Source: Diplonema japonicum (Eukaryota; Protista; Euglenozoa: Diplonemea). Taken from it: 64,000 nt of DNA. The DNA lies in contig OZ025676.1 in the NCBI GenBank assembly GCA_964019335.1, forward strand, positions 248,001 to 312,000. The letters are read 5' to 3'. Each line of letters starts with the position of its first letter. Positions within the stretch are counted from its first letter, which is position 1. Shown here in pieces: positions 44,539 through 57,010 of the stretch. The notes under the pieces were generated by a model. That model made no database searches. It was not told where the DNA came from and worked only from the letters and a program-made list of their open reading frames with translations. A program made the position numbers and the translations under genes.

Positions 44539-46322
44539 CCATCTACCAACGAGCGTCTATACAAAGACGATTTGAAAAAAAATCTTTTACGCAAAGGGCT
44601 TCAATGCAATACGACCCGGCCTTTTCTTGCAGCCGGGGTCCTGCGCGGAAAATTTGAAAAATATAAACTAAATGCTGCCCTAACTGTGCAAGAAAATGAA
44701 AAAATAAAAAAAAAATGCCAGACCAAATTTACCCTTAAAAATCACTTCAAAAAAGGGTGCCTAGAAAGAGGCCGGAAGAGGACATTTTGAGTGATGGTAT
44801 TATGCAATTTTGATACAAACAGTGATTCTGATACGAATTCGACCGATTCCGAGTCACAGCAGGGTGATTGGACGGCAAAGCCGGAGCAGTTGGAAGGCAT
44901 CCGGTTTCGTGAAGATCGAAATCCTTGTGGACCCTGTTTTGACATCAGAGGCTCAACGCCATTCCATATATTCTCCCAAATGCTCGTCCCAAACGTTATT
45001 CGGGTCATAACTTCGAACAATGTGGCAAATGCGGCTAAAAAAGGTGTTTCCCTGGATCTCGATGCTGCTTCTTTGCGTACCTTCCTAGGTGTCATTTTGT
45101 CGATGGACTTGGATATCAAGCCAGATTATTCTGACTACTGGCTCCACGCCTCTCAACCACACCCCTGGGTACGCCACCGTCATGTCAAGAGACCGCTTTT
45201 TGACTATTCTGGGAAATCTGTGTTTCCACAGCGAAACAAACAAGCGTGCTGACCTTCTACCTATCGCAAAGGCCTCCCGGAGATCACGGATGCCCCAAAG
45301 AAGCGAGGCCGCAAGCCCAAGGACGCGCATCTGTGGGGACACCCAGTTCCACCAGCACGTGAGCATCCTTTGTACCACAACGTGGCATGACATCAAGCCT
45401 GTGCGCTTTCTGTCGACGTTGGATGTTCTGGTCAAATTTGACGTGTCGGCCAAAGAGAATGAAAGCCGGAAAGGACATCCCACTCCCCACCAAGTGCATA
45501 TTTACAACACCGCAATGGGCGGAACCGACGCTGGGTGATGCTGTGACAAAACGCCATAAACGCACCCTTATGACTTCGAAGTGGCCCCTAAAAGTATTTT
45601 CGTACTTGTTAGATAAATCTCTGGCAAATGCTTGGCTTGTTTGGAAAGAAGCATTGCCCCCCAACACCCTGAGTACGAACGACAGTGGATTCACGCCTTT
45701 CAAAGAGGCAGTCATCGAAGGGCTACTAGGGAGGCAGTCTAAACAACAGATAAAGTCAACTACAGAGCAGGCTGCCGCAATGCCCCGAAACACAGAACAA
45801 GTACCCTGGGACCCCAATGCGCCGCGACAGTACCTTCTGGGACCATTTCCCCGAAAAAGTAGCGCAACGTGCGGTGCAAGCATGGCAAGTCGAAAAGACC
45901 CCTATTTCAGTGCTCAGTTCCAGTGTTCAACCTGCTTGGTACAACTTTGCGTGACTCCGTGCTTCAAAGACTACCACCTTGCCGGGGATACCCCCCAGAA
46001 ACCCCTCTCGGGGTCAAAAAAGAAGTCCCCCAGCCCTGGGGCACGTACGAACCGCGTCAAGAAGGTCTTAAACAGTTTTTTATAGAATTTTACAGTCGAT
46101 TTTTTTTTGACTTGTTTTTTGTACCCCCTCTCGAGCACTTCAGGAACGATATTTTTGACAATGTTGTGGGGGTGGGCCCTGCTGTGGGCACCCTCTCTCT
46201 AGAATTGGGACATCTGGAGGCATTTCCGGGGGCATACAGCCCCGGCGTTGCGCTAGAATAGTTTTCTTTGAAGTTTTGAAAATTTACCCCCTGGTGGGCA
46301 AAAATGGTCCGTTGGTAGATGG
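44539..46322 (+). mobile_element. Non-autonomous piggyBac element, copy 3
   Basis: TTAA at 44535-38 and 46323-26; perfect 13-bp TIR CCATCTACCAACG; same deleted transposase remnants. Confidence 0.94.
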
Positions 46323-46667
46323 TTAACCACGTCTTAGAAATGACATAAAAAAAAAAAGAAAAAATACATAGACCTTTTGGTCAAATTGCGACCTGCTATT
46401 CACTTTTTTGGCGCCATTGCGCGATTTTCTTCACTTTGTTTGGCTAAATGCTGCCCTTTTTCAGCATTATTTTGAGAATTTGAGAGGCCTAAAATCCGGG
46501 AAAAAATGATTTGAGAATGAAGAATACTCGACTGGAGAGGGCCGGTCGTGAGTGATGAAGAATGCGAAGAATGTCAGAAAATGGTAGTTCGGAAACTTTA
46601 GCCTTTTTTTATAAGGGTTATTATAGGTGTTTTTTCTTCTTCTTCTTCTTCTTCTTTCTTTCTTTTT

Positions 46668-46705
<38 letters not shown>

Positions 46706-46756
46706 AACAAGAAGAACAACATATATTTTGACTATGAATTGCTATTTTTTTAACTT

Positions 46757-47581
46757 TTTTATTTATCTTTTTGCCCCCCCCCCTACTGTTTTTGGCTGGG
46801 GACCCTATAAATAAAGTAGACTCTATTTATTTTCCCTTGTTTTGGCTAGAAACATCAAAAAAAGTAACTTTATTTCTTTCCTCATGTTTCTAGCAGATTT
46901 GTGATCAGCGGTGGCTGAAACTAAATAAAGAAAAGAAGCGCTCGTCCAAACAACAGATGACAAGCCAACTGAAGCAGTGCTGGGGAAGACCGCTTTCTAT
47001 GAGTTAAGTAAGATTGTTGAGTTGATGCAACGTTAACTCGTTAACAGGCCATACGTTTAGGCACTCTTGTGCTATGCAAGCCGCTGCCAGCGGGGCCACA
47101 TCATCCCAACTGGCCACTCATCTAGGATGGCAAAACGAGGCAATGGCCAGGACGTACGTGGACCAAAGCCCACTTTCCCAAGGCACAATGTGCGACAAGA
47201 CCCGTCCACCAAGCCAGCCGGCAGCCACCTTCCCCCAGGCCGCCTCAAGCACACATGATATCAGAATCCATGTGATCATCAAGCAGGAGAAGTAGGTAGA
47301 CAGAGTCTGGCTAGTAGTTCGATTACTAGTTCTCCCCTTTTTTTCTTTTCTTTTCTGCCATTATTTACTTTTTAGCATGCCAAATATAAAACGTCCCCAG
47401 CTAAAAAACACTTGGTCGGGGGGCAAAAACGATAAATAAAATCACAGATTCTGCTTTTGAAGTGGACTTTACCCCTTTCATTTTCTGTCCCTTGGGGTCA
47501 TGATTTCCCCTCGCTACGCTCGGGAAAATCAAACCCCCGCGGGACAAAGTCCACTTTATTTTACCAAAATCAATAGTTATT
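46757..47581 (+). mobile_element. Non-autonomous tyrosine-recombinase (Crypton-like) element 3 carrying the catalytic C-terminus
   Basis: In frame from 47041: LTGHTFRHSCAMQAAASGATSSQLATHLGWQNEAMARTYV (HxxR...W...Y). IR 46757-46804 / 47391-47441. Terminal hairpin around CTCGCTACGCTC; ends AATAGTTATT. Confidence 0.8.
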
Positions 47582-48398
47582 CTTTTTGCTAAAAAGAGTA
47601 GTTCTTGCATTGTTGGGCTTATCCCGCTACAAAACTGTGGACAGCAACGACCCGACTCTTTTTTTTGACTAGATTAGAATAGATTGTAAACATAAATAAA
47701 CATATAAATGAAACTATATTGACCCCCCCCCCCCCCCCCCTCCCCATCCTTCATGTTCTTCTTTACTTTTTTTTTTACCCCCTTTTTTTGTGTTGTATCG
47801 AAGCATAAAGGTGCGGGAGGGAAGGGAGAAACAAAAAAAAAATTCATTTTACAGTAAATTTTAGCCCCCGCGTCCACCTCCCATCCTTCATGTTCTTCTT
47901 TACTTTTTTTTTTCACCCCCTTTTTTTGTGTTGAATGCAACTACATACTCCCCACATACACTACACGGGTTCTGCTCTCAAATTCTTCTTCCCCCCCCCC
48001 CCCCCTTTTCCTCATTCTTTTTTTTTTAAATAGCACCACCGTTTGCTATAACGAAGCAATGGGGCTCTATTCCGGAGAGGGAGCAGCGGCTCCGTTTCCT
48101 TTCAATAGAACTTTAATGGAACAAAAAGGAAAATACTACTTTACTTTGCTGTTCGCACGAGCATTGGTATGCCCGGCGTTCGGCAAGTAGAATTAAATCA
48201 CTATTTGAAAGATAAAATAATGGTGCCGTAGGGTACTGTCTGATGCCTGCAGTGGATCTTATATATTCACTAACTAAATAGTTTAAAAAAAAAAAAAAAA
48301 AGAACGAAAGCGCAATAGTGACGAACATCCCGACAAACCAGATTGTTAACAGTTCTACGTAATTAAAGGCCGCGTGTACCCTGTCGATATGGCTGTTG

Positions 48399-48914
48399 CT
48401 ACATCCCTGCATCGCCCGTTTTCCAAGCAACGATCAGCTCAAGCAGCTCCTGCTGTCGGCAAGTGCACTCATCAAAACACAGGAAATCCTTTGCCAACTC
48501 CCTGAGGGTTGTGAGAATGTAATCGTCCCCAGAGCGCCCAACATCTTCCCGCCAAGCCTCAACGTCCGCCTCAGAAGGTACGAAGGCCACTTCGTTTGTC
48601 TTAATGTTCCATTCAAAACAAGGAAAGGGGAAGTCATCTGAACGCAGATGCTGTATTTTGGTGTCGAAGCTGATGTGACACTCAGGGGTGCTCTTACTTC
48701 CCTTCACGACCAAGGTCAGCATGTCAGCCGAGCCTGTTGATTGAAGCTCAGTGCAGGGGCGGCGGGTGCCATCCAGAAAACCGGAACCTCTGAACCTACC
48801 CGGCGAAGGTGGTGGGAACGGGGGGGTCTTCACGGCTTCATTGCTATCGGCACCATTGTTGCGAACTTCGTTGAACGATATCGACACCTCAGGTTTCGGA
48901 ACGGAGCGTGCCAT
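48399..48914 (-). CDS. Hypothetical protein (171 aa), paralogue of 43021-43533
   Basis: Near-identical ORF and 3' flank. Confidence 0.65.
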   Translation of the reverse strand: MARSVPKPEVSISFNEVRNNGADSNEAVKTPPFPPPSPGRFRGSGFLDGTRRPCTELQSTGSADMLTLVVKGSKSTPECHISFDTKIQHLRSDDFPFPCFEWNIKTNEVAFVPSEADVEAWREDVGRSGDDYILTTLRELAKDFLCFDECTCRQQELLELIVAWKTGDAGM

Positions 48915-49683
48915 AATTCTTTCTACTTTCTTCTTTTTTCGGTATCCTCCTGTTTTTATTTACTGTAAAACGAAAATCACCTCGGGGGCGTTTTTTTTTT
49001 TTCCCCTGTGGGCCTCCTGCTGAACCAGTTTCTGTTACCAAGAGAAAATCAAACCGAATCAAACAGTGCTTCTCGGGTTTTATAAGAACCAAAATCTTCA
49101 GTGACCTTAAAAGCTTTTCATTAACAACTTCTTGTAGTTTTTAGGTAATTATGCTTACTTTGCTCATTTCCGTGAAAAGGTGGGCTTAGGACACCTTTAG
49201 GTGAAGCGGCCAATGAGGAGGGGTGTTTTTAATCTTTTTTTTTTACACACGTGGTGCCCCTGTTGCAAAACCCCCTTATGCAAAACGTGTTTTTTACCCT
49301 TGCATGCTACCCCAGCTGGAAGAAAAACTCACAAGTTGCTTTTTTCATCCCACAGCCCCGAAAGTTTCCAGACTGACCTCAATCCTAGAGTTCAGGGCAC
49401 CAAATAGGGCTGAATGCTGCCCTTTTTAGCCCAGCCATAACTCCACGGACCCCCCACGACAAGACCCCCCAAAATCGGACAAAAAGTACCCCCTCAACCC
49501 CCCTCTTACACACATAGTTAAGTGTTCTGGCACCTGGAATTGAAAATTTTAGTTGCGCATTGGGGAAGTATGTTCACTCAAAAAAAAAAGGAAACCAAGG
49601 AAGGGGTAAACGAGACAAACTATAATATAAAAAAGGGGAGCTAAGGGGACTAAAGAATGATGATGCGTGCCTCCCTCCTCACC

Positions 49684-52020
49684 TTACTGTTGGAGCTTCT
49701 CAAGCAGCTCGACCGCCTGTTTAAGGATGGACTTCTCTTCGATACGGAGCCTGAGGGCAAGGGCGAGCCTCGTGTCTTTATCAGACAAGGAATTGAAAGA
49801 CGCCTGGTCGTCCTCGAGGGAGGTGGGGTAGAGGCCGGACAGGGCGGTTACCAGGGGCTTGATTACCTCAACTGCCTTAGAGGGACTACCGTGTTGGGAT
49901 AGAAGGGAGTACAGGCCGTCAAGGGTCTTGGACTGCTCGAGGGAGGCATCCAGGACTTCGCTTGGGAGCAGCGATATCATTGTGGTCCACAGAAGGGACT
50001 TCGGGATCGGTTTTTCAGCAGTCAGTTTGTGCCTCACAGTGAAGAATACCTTATTCCCCGACTGTAGCTCCTCGATGTCGGGCATCTTCACCTCGATCTC
50101 GTGAGACTGCTCAGCGATCACATTCGCGCACTGCAGCATCATGCCATGCTTTCTGTCGTCACCGGTTTCTTCCGCACCCAGCGCCCTGCACGGGATCTTC
50201 ATCTCCACCACCTTCTCAGTGTAAGGGTTCGGTGCTGCCATCTCCCCTCTCTTCGCAAGAAGCTCGCCGTTCCCAGCGTTCGGTATGTGTGAGACATCCG
50301 TCCCACCGCCCGACGACACACACCACACACTGTTGTCCTGGTACACGAGAGGTTTCGACAACGGGTGGTGTGCAAGCTTCGCGGCACCGGGGATGATCAC
50401 ATCCACCTCCTTCGCCTGCTTCGTGAACTCCATAAACTTCGGGATGTCATGCTTCACACTAGCCGACTCTGCCAAGGCCCTGATATAGCTGAAAACCAAC
50501 CTGTAAGCGTCGCCAGGGTGGTTGGGTGACACAAGGTCGATCTCCCTGTCGATCAGGGGGAAGCGCAAGGACACCCCATCCACCACCTCGATCTGCTCGA
50601 TAGCGGGTCTGTCCTCACCGTTCACGGAGTACAGCAAAGCGCCGTCTTCCACGCGGAACTTGATGCGGTCGCCGTCCACATCCTCCCACATCACGGGCTG
50701 TGCCTCACCTTCGCTGATGTTAATCCGCACCGTCTCCTCAGGGATCGTCACCTTCACCGTCGACTTCGCCGTCAAGGCCGCCGCCCACTTCCACGCGTCG
50801 TCCGTCACGTGCACTGCGAGGCTTTTGATGTGCGTCACGTCGGCATCAGCAGCGCTTTTCAGCTGTGCCACGATGCCCATCGCCTCCGTCCCTTCCAGCT
50901 CCTTGAGCTCCTCGTCAGACCAGTACATCGGTGTCTGCAGCGGGTTGGGAACGAAGGCCTCGATGTTTTCCTTCATGTATGCTACCTGCAGAGTGCGGAT
51001 TTGCTTCTCTGTCATGTGCTGCTGCTTCCCGCTGTTGCTGATCTCCCCCATAGCACACGCAGTCTCCAGCGACAAGCACTTTGTAAGTGGCACCCCAGCC
51101 AGGGTCTCGCCTTTCAGCGTGGGTGGTTCGCGAAGCACCTTGTGGCAGGCCCCGTCCTTGCGCAGGGTGGTGGTGTGGTGCAATCTGGAAAGCGAGCTGA
51201 TTAGGATGTCGAATTCGTCTGCGCGCACGTCCTGCTGTGTGTCCCTTGACTGCAACGCGTCGCGCATGCCTGTGAAGAGTTTCTCAAGGCAGCAGTCGAC
51301 CATCTCCTCAGTGGACTCGGGGCCTTGGTGTGCCCTGGCTGCGAGCCTCAGGGTGATAGGGTAGGGGTCAGCAAGCGTAAGGTGATGTCTTGTGACGTTC
51401 CCCTCAGGGCCTTCGAAGACCGACGGGGCTGGACGTCCTGCGGCAGAGGCAACTGTGGCGGACTCCCTGAAGTAAGGGGTGAGGGTGGGGATAATAGCAG
51501 GGGGGACCTCGAAGGCAATCTCGAGGCAGTCAGCAGGGTTGTCACCTTTGCAGGACACGCAGTGTTTGGCAGCAAGGAGGTGAGTGGAGAGGAGCCCATA
51601 TGAGACGGTGAAGAGCTCCTTGGGGAGGATGTCCTTGATGGCAACAAGCTGCAGGCTTTCGTCGACCAACCTCCACTCAGAGTTGGGCTCGGCACTGTGT
51701 GCAGGGAGGGGGTCCTCGTTCAGCATAACAACGGTCTGACCAGCAACGGGAGCAATGTGCGTGTGGACAACAGAAAGCGCAAGTGGGTCTGCAGATGCCG
51801 TTGCCTTTACCTTCTCGATATTGCCTGCCACACTGGTTCCTTCATATTCCTTCACTTTTTCCTCTTCCCAACCCGCGCAGCCTTTTCTCTCAGACGTGTA
51901 CTTCCTGTTTAGCACCTCTTCGGCTGCCTTCTGCTCCGTCTCAGCTACAACACACTCACTTAATGGTATTTTCACCAGGATTTCCCCTGTCACTTTCATC
52001 AGCTCTGATTCATTCTGCAT
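49684..52020 (-). CDS. SET-domain protein (Rubisco LSMT-like, with substrate-binding C-terminus)
   Basis: TPMYWSDEELKELEGT; C-terminal YPTSLEDD...LALALRLRIEEKSIL; an additional N-terminal HSAEPN...AIKDI....TVSYG SET motif. Confidence 0.8.
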   Translation of the reverse strand: MQNESELMKVTGEILVKIPLSECVVAETEQKAAEEVLNRKYTSERKGCAGWEEEKVKEYEGTSVAGNIEKVKATASADPLALSVVHTHIAPVAGQTVVMLNEDPLPAHSAEPNSEWRLVDESLQLVAIKDILPKELFTVSYGLLSTHLLAAKHCVSCKGDNPADCLEIAFEVPPAIIPTLTPYFRESATVASAAGRPAPSVFEGPEGNVTRHHLTLADPYPITLRLAARAHQGPESTEEMVDCCLEKLFTGMRDALQSRDTQQDVRADEFDILISSLSRLHHTTTLRKDGACHKVLREPPTLKGETLAGVPLTKCLSLETACAMGEISNSGKQQHMTEKQIRTLQVAYMKENIEAFVPNPLQTPMYWSDEELKELEGTEAMGIVAQLKSAADADVTHIKSLAVHVTDDAWKWAAALTAKSTVKVTIPEETVRINISEGEAQPVMWEDVDGDRIKFRVEDGALLYSVNGEDRPAIEQIEVVDGVSLRFPLIDREIDLVSPNHPGDAYRLVFSYIRALAESASVKHDIPKFMEFTKQAKEVDVIIPGAAKLAHHPLSKPLVYQDNSVWCVSSGGGTDVSHIPNAGNGELLAKRGEMAAPNPYTEKVVEMKIPCRALGAEETGDDRKHGMMLQCANVIAEQSHEIEVKMPDIEELQSGNKVFFTVRHKLTAEKPIPKSLLWTTMISLLPSEVLDASLEQSKTLDGLYSLLSQHGSPSKAVEVIKPLVTALSGLYPTSLEDDQASFNSLSDKDTRLALALRLRIEEKSILKQAVELLEKLQQ

Positions 52021-52621
52021 TTTTTTTTTCTCTCTCTTTTCCGTCTTTTTATTTGGAGTGATTTGTATTTTGTTGGGAACGTTTGCAAAAGAAATATAGC
52101 GATACATATATCAGGCCATACCCCTTTAATTCCTTTTTCAAAAGGCACGTCTGGCTCAGGAGAGGGAACAATAGGGATCAGAAGAGGGGGGAGGGACAAC
52201 GGTAGTCGACAATTTAAAAAAATAAAATAAATGGAAGCGAAAGAAAAGGCAAAGGAGTGAAAGAAAGCAGTGCCACTACTGAGAGCAGAATACCTATCTG
52301 ACGACTTTTTTTTTTTTTTTTTTTTTTTGCATTGCATCCTTGCTCAATAAATATTCTCTCCTCGGACTCTCTCTTTCTTCTTTTCTTTTTCTTGTTGTTT
52401 GTTGTCCCCTTTCCCCCTCCCCTAGCATAGCTTTCTACAGAGTTTTTTTCTTCTTTTTTTTTTCCGATTTCTTTTTCTATTCTTTCATCGATAATGTGGG
52501 TTGCATATGTAATAAAAAAAAAATTAAAACCCGCCCCTTGATTTTTTTTTTTTTCAATACTTTCTTGGAAAACAAAAGTACTTCTTTTTTTTTTTTTTTT
52601 CCCCCTTCTTTCTCCCCTCTC

Positions 52622-55600
52622 TTAATGCCCCATGCTCCTTCCGTTCCCACTTTTCCCGTCACCTTCGTTTGATGAAGCAACAAGATTTGAGATCCACGTC
52701 GGCATGTCATGCGTCATAATCTTATCAATGATTTCATTGATCTTACCGCATATGAGATCGTCCATGTGTAGTTCCACCTCTGCGGTGATCCTGGACTCGA
52801 GGGTTGACACGGCTTCGGATTTCTTGGTACCACATGGGACGCACTTGTCTCTTGTTCCGTTGGCAGGGTCGGAGATCTTCTTCAGCTGTGACCTCAGGAT
52901 GTCTATTCTCGCCCGCTGTTCCTCCCACCTCCGTTGTGGGCAGTTCGCGAATTTTGTGTCAAAAAGTTCGTCGATTTCGTCCTTCCTGTTGGGAAGCCTG
53001 TCAGCGTGTCTTTGCTCTCTCATTGCCTTCCTGTCTTCTGCATTGCCCGTCGTAGTTTTCTGCGACACTTCCTTGTACCATTCGTGGTGGAACTCCATCA
53101 TCTCCCCCACAAGCTCTTGAGGGGCAACATGGGTGTCCTTCGCAGACTGAAGAATCATCCCCTCCTCACCGCTCTCCTGGTCGTATAGGAAATACTCTTT
53201 ATCACGCCCGAGAACTTCTTCGAGATAGTCGTCCAGAACCTGATATATATTTTTTTGTTTTGTTTTGTTTAAGATACCTTGGGAGTCAGCTGCAGGTTGT
53301 CGACGAAGTTAGTCGATTTTTTCGATTCATAATAGTTACGCTCCAGCTTGGCCCAGTATATACGAGGGTTTGTGTTGTGGACCAGTTGTTTCTCGTGGAT
53401 GTACTCTGCGGGGGTGAGCCTGCCGGTGAGTTTTTTCCCCATCACGATGATCAGCTTCCACCAGTACACGACCTCTACTACCAACGAGTTCCTCATTAGA
53501 ATGTGCGGTATCTCCCACGAGGTGCCGATGTACTTGGGTGGGTCTGATGCTGACCAGGATTTCTCCTGCGCTTCAACCAGCGCTTGGACGAGTTTCCTGT
53601 CGTGGTACTTGTTTTCCTGTACCTCGTTGAAGGCGTCGCTGAGGACGGCGACCACCATGTTGAAGAGGAGGAAGACTGTGAGGACCTGGAAGAGCGCGAA
53701 AAAAATCGGCGTGAAGATCCTCTGCGCCTCCCTCAACGCGATGTAGTCGAAATCCCCGAGCAACATGAGCATCAGCGATATCGTCGATTGTCCGAGCGTC
53801 CTGTAGTTTTCATCCACGTGCCCGTAAACCACGTAGCACATCAGCGCGAATGCTATGAACACAAACATGAAAATCAGCAAAATCGCGAGAATCTCATCCC
53901 TCGCGACGCCTATGGTCCTCGTTAACAAGTTCAGCCTCGGGTTGAGCTTCAGGAAGTAAAAACTTCGGAGGTACACAAACATTGCAGAAATCGCGTTTAA
54001 ATTAGTCGCAATGACACCAAGATACCCTATTTTTTCGTAATCCGGAGGGTAGTACAAATTCTGAAGCAGGTTGTTCTTTGACAGCCCGATGTCTATCAGC
54101 TCGAAGCGGATTCCCCACGCGGCCACCAAGAGGGTTAAATTGACGAAATCGAACCAGATCCAAAAATCTGACACTGCGTGCCACCATGCTTTAAACCACA
54201 AACGGCATGTGTTGTTGTTGCTCTGAAGCATCTGTTCGCGTGTGGTCGCCGTTGAGTTCGCAACGAATCTGAACCACGACCCAACGTAACCCATGACCCA
54301 CATGAAGTACAAGAAGAAGAACAGAAAATACACCCAATCGTGGCTGTCCCAACTGAACAGTTTGAAACTTGTTGTCTCGTGTAGAGGGATCCACGCCCCG
54401 CCCGCGGTCAGCTCGACAAAGAACAAATATCTAGATATCAGCTCAATGTTCTGGTTGTACAGAAACAGCTCAAACGTGATGCCCCTTGTTTGCTTGTCGA
54501 TCCATTTCACCCTCGCTGTTTCGTTAGCATGTGAAAGATTGTTGTAGTGAACCGTTCGAATACCGTCTTTTAAGACCCCGATGGATTGTTTAACCTTTTC
54601 CAGGTCCCACGAAAACGGGATAATCTGTGCGTACCCATCGCAATCGTAATAATTTGCCTTCCCGCTGTATATCGATACCGAAGACCCATTAAGGTGTTTG
54701 CAGGAACGGTACTGAAAGGCCTCCACAGATATCATATCGTCAGGGTGGACATTCGCCGGGACAAATGGAACCTTGTAACTGTACGTAACAGGAAACGGTG
54801 TCTGCGTGCAGGACGGGTCTTGATCACACCGGTGACGTTCGTTTTGAAGCTGGCTTCCATCGTGGATCACATCGACTGTTTCGTACGAATTCGTTTTGTC
54901 GTAAGAGGCTTGTAAACTGTACTCGGGGTAGCAGAATGTGTTGAAATCGTTCAGCCTTGATATAACTTTTTCGGTAGAAAGCTGGCTGACTTCGTGCCGC
55001 ATAAGATTTGACCAAGATGTTCCGCATCCGTCTTCATCAACGCGAAGCTGTCGGATTTTCATAGCGCCGATTGGCATGTTTGAAGTTTGAACGAATTGGT
55101 TCGCTTTGACTTGGTTGTCCGGTAAACCGTCGTCGTTGATCCAAAGACTTTCTAGTAACGGGCCTTCGAGGAATTCCCATAATTCATCTTCTGATGCGAT
55201 ATCGGCGTAAACTTTCTTGTAACGTAGGTCGTTGGATTGAGAGAATTCTTCATCGAGGAATTTGTCGAGAAGACCAGCGTTCATCCAGTAGCCGTTTCCT
55301 AACCCACGGCCTTCGATTAAAAAGAACGAGAATAACACAATAAAAGGAAGGTACATCCATAGACCTAAAGCGTCTTCCGCTTCAAGCTGTCGTTCTTTGA
55401 CGTATTGAATGTCAAACCTTGTTTGTGGATCTGTGCTGTAATATCTTAGAACGTCCTCCAGAACGAGTTTTTTCTCGGTGTTTTGAGTGTGTTTTGTGTC
55501 GTTTGGTACTTTTAGCAGGTCGGCCTCGATGGATTTCATTCTTCTTGCGATTTCGTCGTCGTTGAGCTTGCTCACCTTGCCGCGTTCCTTCTTCTGTTCT

Positions 55601-55755
55601 CTGGAGGTGATGACGATGCGAAGCTGTTCCAACAATTGGCTCAGAGTGATCCTGCCGTCCCATACCTCTCCGCGGGCCTTGCATTTCTTCTTGTACTCGC
55701 CAGACGCCCAATCTCTTATCCTTTCGACTTCATCTGGTTTTAGTAGGGTCGCCAT
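52622..55755 (-). CDS. PKD2: Polycystin-2 (TRPP)-like cation channel, intron 53240-53277
   Basis: IGAMKIRQLRV, WIDKQTRGI..E..LYNQN, six TM segments, LLGDFDY pore, FLLFNMVVAVLSDAF. Removing the 38-nt intron joins the 52622-53158 ORF in frame. Confidence 0.9.
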
Positions 55756-55756
55756 G

Positions 55757-55787
<31 letters not shown>

Positions 55788-55903
55788 CGTGTGTGTATCA
55801 CACCACCCCCTCCCTTTTTTTTGAGTTTTTTTTTTGAGAATGTAATTTTTTTGGGGGGAAGAAGATCACACACAGAGCGGAAACAAAAAAAAAAAGAAAA
55901 GGC

Positions 55904-55938
<35 letters not shown>

Positions 55939-56659
55939 AATGCTCGTCAGATCGCGGTTACAATGTTTTCTTTTTTTCCTTTATTTTGTTCCCGAACCCC
56001 CCCCCCCCCGCTCCGAGCCTACCAAAAAAAGAATTGGAGAAAAAAAAAAAAGAAAAAAAAAAAAAGAGCCTGGGGCACCTTCCCCATTTTTTTTCTTTTT
56101 TTTTTCTTTGTTACTTTTACACCCACAGCTATTTTTTTTTTTATTTTTCCTCTTTCCGAGGGAAAAAAAAAACGTAAAAAACCTTCTTAGGGGTTCGACA
56201 CAAAGCAACTGGAACAAAAAAATAACTGAAATAAGAACATACTTTCACAGGGCAGGGCATCTCTTAAGGCAAAATAATGCTTTTCAGACTCAAAATAAGA
56301 TTAAAAAAAAAAGAAGATTGACACAGAACAAAATATAATAAAAAAAGGAGGCAAACAAAAAAAAAAGAAGTAAATTCGAGATTACATAAAGGTAACAAAA
56401 GGAAAGGAGGGAGAATATGTTTTTTTTTGTTCTTCTTTTTTTGCATTCCCACAGAATTAGAAACGCTTTCTTTAATAAACTGCATTTCCCTCTGTTTTTC
56501 TCTCTTTTATGTGGCACAATCCCCATATTGGCGGGATGGAAAAAAAAAGGGGGGGGGACGTGATAGCAAGCGACCCACTGAAAAAAAACGAAAGAATGCC
56601 TAACCCACCATTTTGCATATGAACAGGCGCACCCAGCAGCATCCCCCTGCGCTTTAAAA

Positions 56660-56706
56660 ATATATGAGTTAAAGGAAGTCTTTGTGAGACGCCCCCTTGT
56701 TCTCAT
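56660..56706 (-). repeat. Short repeat, variant tail (matches 22067-22115)
   Basis: ATATGAGTTAAAGGAAGTCTTTGTGAGACGCCCCCTTGTTCTCATC is identical in both places. Confidence 0.7.
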
Positions 56707-57010
56707 CCTCTAGAGAGGATTTTTTTCATAAATTGTTCTTTTTTTTTTCCCCCTCCCTCTTATTTCTTTTCTCTCAGTCATTCTTTATCTCGTGTTCGAC
56801 TATCCATCTTTATATCAAAAAAGAAAAAAAAAGAAAAAGAAAAAAAAAAGGTGAAAGTATGGCATGGGACGGGGGATAGTGAAGGGGGTAGTAAAAAACA
56901 CAAAAAAAAAAAAGTGACAAAAAATCTAAACGGCAACTTTTTTTTTTTTTGTTCTATTTTTTTTTTTTTTTTTTTTTTTTTTCTATTTTTTTTTTCTTTT
57001 TTCTTTTTTT

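Noticed and set aside
49100-49525. Candidate MITE between TTAA sites
   Set aside because: No matching terminal inverted repeats were found.
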